Assembly: GCA_973895155.1 (NCBI GenBank)
Contig: OZ316892.1
Span: 11,782,238 to 11,846,237, forward strand
Direction: 5' to 3'
DNA from: Marsupella aquatica
Lineage: Eukaryota > Plantae > Marchantiophyta
Length of the DNA: 64,000 nt
A program made the position numbers and the translations under genes. A model generated the notes under the pieces. The model had not been told where the DNA came from and did no database searches. It was given only the letters and a program-made list of their open reading frames with translations. Below are positions 61,712 through 64,000 of the stretch, in pieces. Numbering within the stretch: position 1 is the stretch's first letter; each line of letters opens with the position of its first letter.

Positions 61712-62633
61712 GCATCATCAGCTGTGTCTCGAAAACAAAACCTACAAGGTGTGGACTGTGGAGGCCTGCAGAGCCCAACATCTAGCCCACCTCGTCGAGA
61801 ATCCGTTCTGACCGAACCAAACAAACAGAGAACAAATCATTCCAGGTATGTGGGGAGCTCACCACTACTGTAGGGAGAACCAAACATCGTCCTTGACTGT
61901 CCATGAATCAACCAGCAGTCCAGGACCTTGACTGACGACACCCTTCCTCCCTCAACACTCTTCGTCCTTAATAGCCACTGTTCTCGTTTCAACATCACCA
62001 GTGACAATCAATCATTGGTATCTCAGTGATCACTCTCGCTCTCGCTCTCGCTCTGCTGACCGAACAGGTAAGACGATCTTCACTCAAAAGGCAGCTTCTG
62101 CTTTAAAGAAAAATAATAGAAACGAAAGGTTCCAAAAAGGTCCAAAATGATGGTACTGCATTCACAGCGGTAGTTGAAAAGAAAACAAAAGAAAAAAAAA
62201 CTGTACTGTTGTGCAACTGTCCACTAAAAACAAAAGTACTCTTGTCCAACTGCAGTCCTTGAGTAAGCTTGTTTATATTATATTTTCAATTTTTGAAGGG
62301 ATAAGGCACAGAGCCAAAAGCTGCATTAAGCTTCATTAAGTACAGCCTTGTTTGGTTTGGGCTTTCACCAACAGCCTGGGAACGACTTCCTGACACAGTT
62401 GTGATGCTGGACTTTGAATTTCACTCTACGTAAGGAGAGTACATAGATCTGGCGAAGCCACGAGCGCGTTCAAAACGGGAGGTGTTTGTAAAAATCCATG
62501 CTTCTTCTCTTGAGTTCTTTTGCAGCTGTTGGGGACTCTCCGGTTCTTCGGTCTTCTTTGGTTTACCGTTTGTTTTCCTCCTTTGTTGGGTCCCCTGTCT
62601 GTGGTATCTCCTGCTTGTTTGTTCTTTGGGCGA

Positions 62634-62830
62634 CAAGGAGTAAGAGTTTGGCAAAAATCACCCAGCAACAAATCGCTGGCTAGTGGAGTTGCCATTCAGA
62701 CAGGATAGTTTTAACTACTGTAGCTCATGTAAGTACACAAGGAGTAAGAGTTTGGCAAAAATCGACAGCCACAAATGGCTGGCTAGTGGAGTTGCCATTC
62801 AGACAGGATAATTTTAACTAGCTCATGTAA
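62634..62830. repeat. ~100-bp tandem duplication
   Basis: caaggagtaagagtttggcaaaa..gctggctagtggagttgccattcagacaggata x2. Confidence 0.85.
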
Positions 62831-64000
62831 GGAGGGATTCATCCTTCGTCCACGTGTTGCCTATCTTTGACCCTCGTGATACATATTTTGTGCAGCTTCC
62901 AGGAAAGGTTAACATTGCACGTAGTTAAGCAGGTTGCTCGTATGTTCCGTGGCGGGTGGTGGGGCTTGAAAGGAAGTGGGTAGGGTCAATTGAATTGATG
63001 GATGTGATTTACCACTCATCACAACCTTGGTACCTTTCCTTTCCACGGGGATGAGCATAATCGATCTCAATCTTACACAGAGCGGAGAGCCGTGTCTCTC
63101 TTTACGGCATTCAAACCTAAGTTCCATGAATGAGAACGCCAAACTCCAGACACACAAGTAATCTCGATAGATGGGGTCGGCACACAGTATCGGACGGCTA
63201 ATTGGAGAGCTTCACTTGCTAAACAATAGAGGCTCTCATAACATTTCGTCGAGCACGAAACATGTGGCAAACTTTTGGCAAAAGTTCGAACAGTGGCAAT
63301 AAGTCGATCACTGCTTGGCCGTCATCTTCCACCCTGTACAAAGGTGTCGTGCCATCTTTTCATATCTACTGGAGAATCAAAACATTCAATCCGAGAATTT
63401 CTCCGGGAGCATAGCATTTATTCGCCAGTGGTATCTATCTTGAAGTGAAGCGCGTCACTCGAAACCCTTGTTCATCGTTGAGGGTCTGCAATCAACTCAC
63501 TCGTAAAGTCTATAGGGAAGTCAGGTTACCGGCATATAAACATTTGTGGAGGTGCAATCAACTCACTCGTAATTTCCATAGGAGGCACATAAACATTTAT
63601 GGAGACCAGACTTGCATTATCTTATACAAGGAGCCCTATGCGCGTGGGTTGCAGGGCATTTATGGGACAGGGTGGGGAATCATATTGTGTCCGGGGGTGC
63701 CTATTTCCTTCATCAATGGTTAGGGAAAACAGTCTAACAAATGCAACACTTGTGGATCTTTCCCACCCAAGAGTTTTTTTGTATTGGGACAAAGAACTAA
63801 AAAATGCGGGATCCCTTACTATAGTTGTAGATAAGCGTATGACTAACACCTAGAATCGAGAGGTACTTGGTTCAATCCCCCCTCCACACCCAAGGGTGAG
63901 GCTCAGTGTGTGTGTGGGGTGGGGTGGGGTGGGGTGGGGTGCAGTGTAGTGTAGTGTACTGATGGGAGTATTGGTTACTCTTCAGCCCCTTGCTCGGCTT

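Overview
Eukaryotic nuclear DNA from an early-diverging land plant; the style of the plastid rpoA fragment and the JAZ gene suggest a liverwort, which is inference. The left half is a nest of retrotransposons. A decayed copia (4189-11618) and a Tnt1/Tork-like copia (11928-32805) each contain one copy of a ~4 kb TG..CA element with a 600-aa coiled-coil ORF. The Tork-like copia also contains an unusual Ty3/Gypsy element (14661-24645). That Gypsy has the order gag-protease-C5 DNA methyltransferase-RT-RNaseH-DDE integrase-PHD finger. Its termini are not two LTRs but split direct repeats (B...A-gc-B-A), with an internal palindromic CA-gc-TG site, a self-complementary primer site and a 4-bp TSD. This is what integration of a 2-LTR circle cut at an internal att site would leave, and it is the most striking system here. 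The right half holds a 7-exon JAZ/TIFY gene with a PEAPOD-like motif and a PLP-dependent Moco-sulfurase-like gene whose upstream region is a copy of the JAZ leader. It also holds a Mutator-like element carrying a plastid/mitochondrial mosaic, a solo LTR, a DUF1917-like gene and a truncated transposase. All calls are by eye; no database searches were run.
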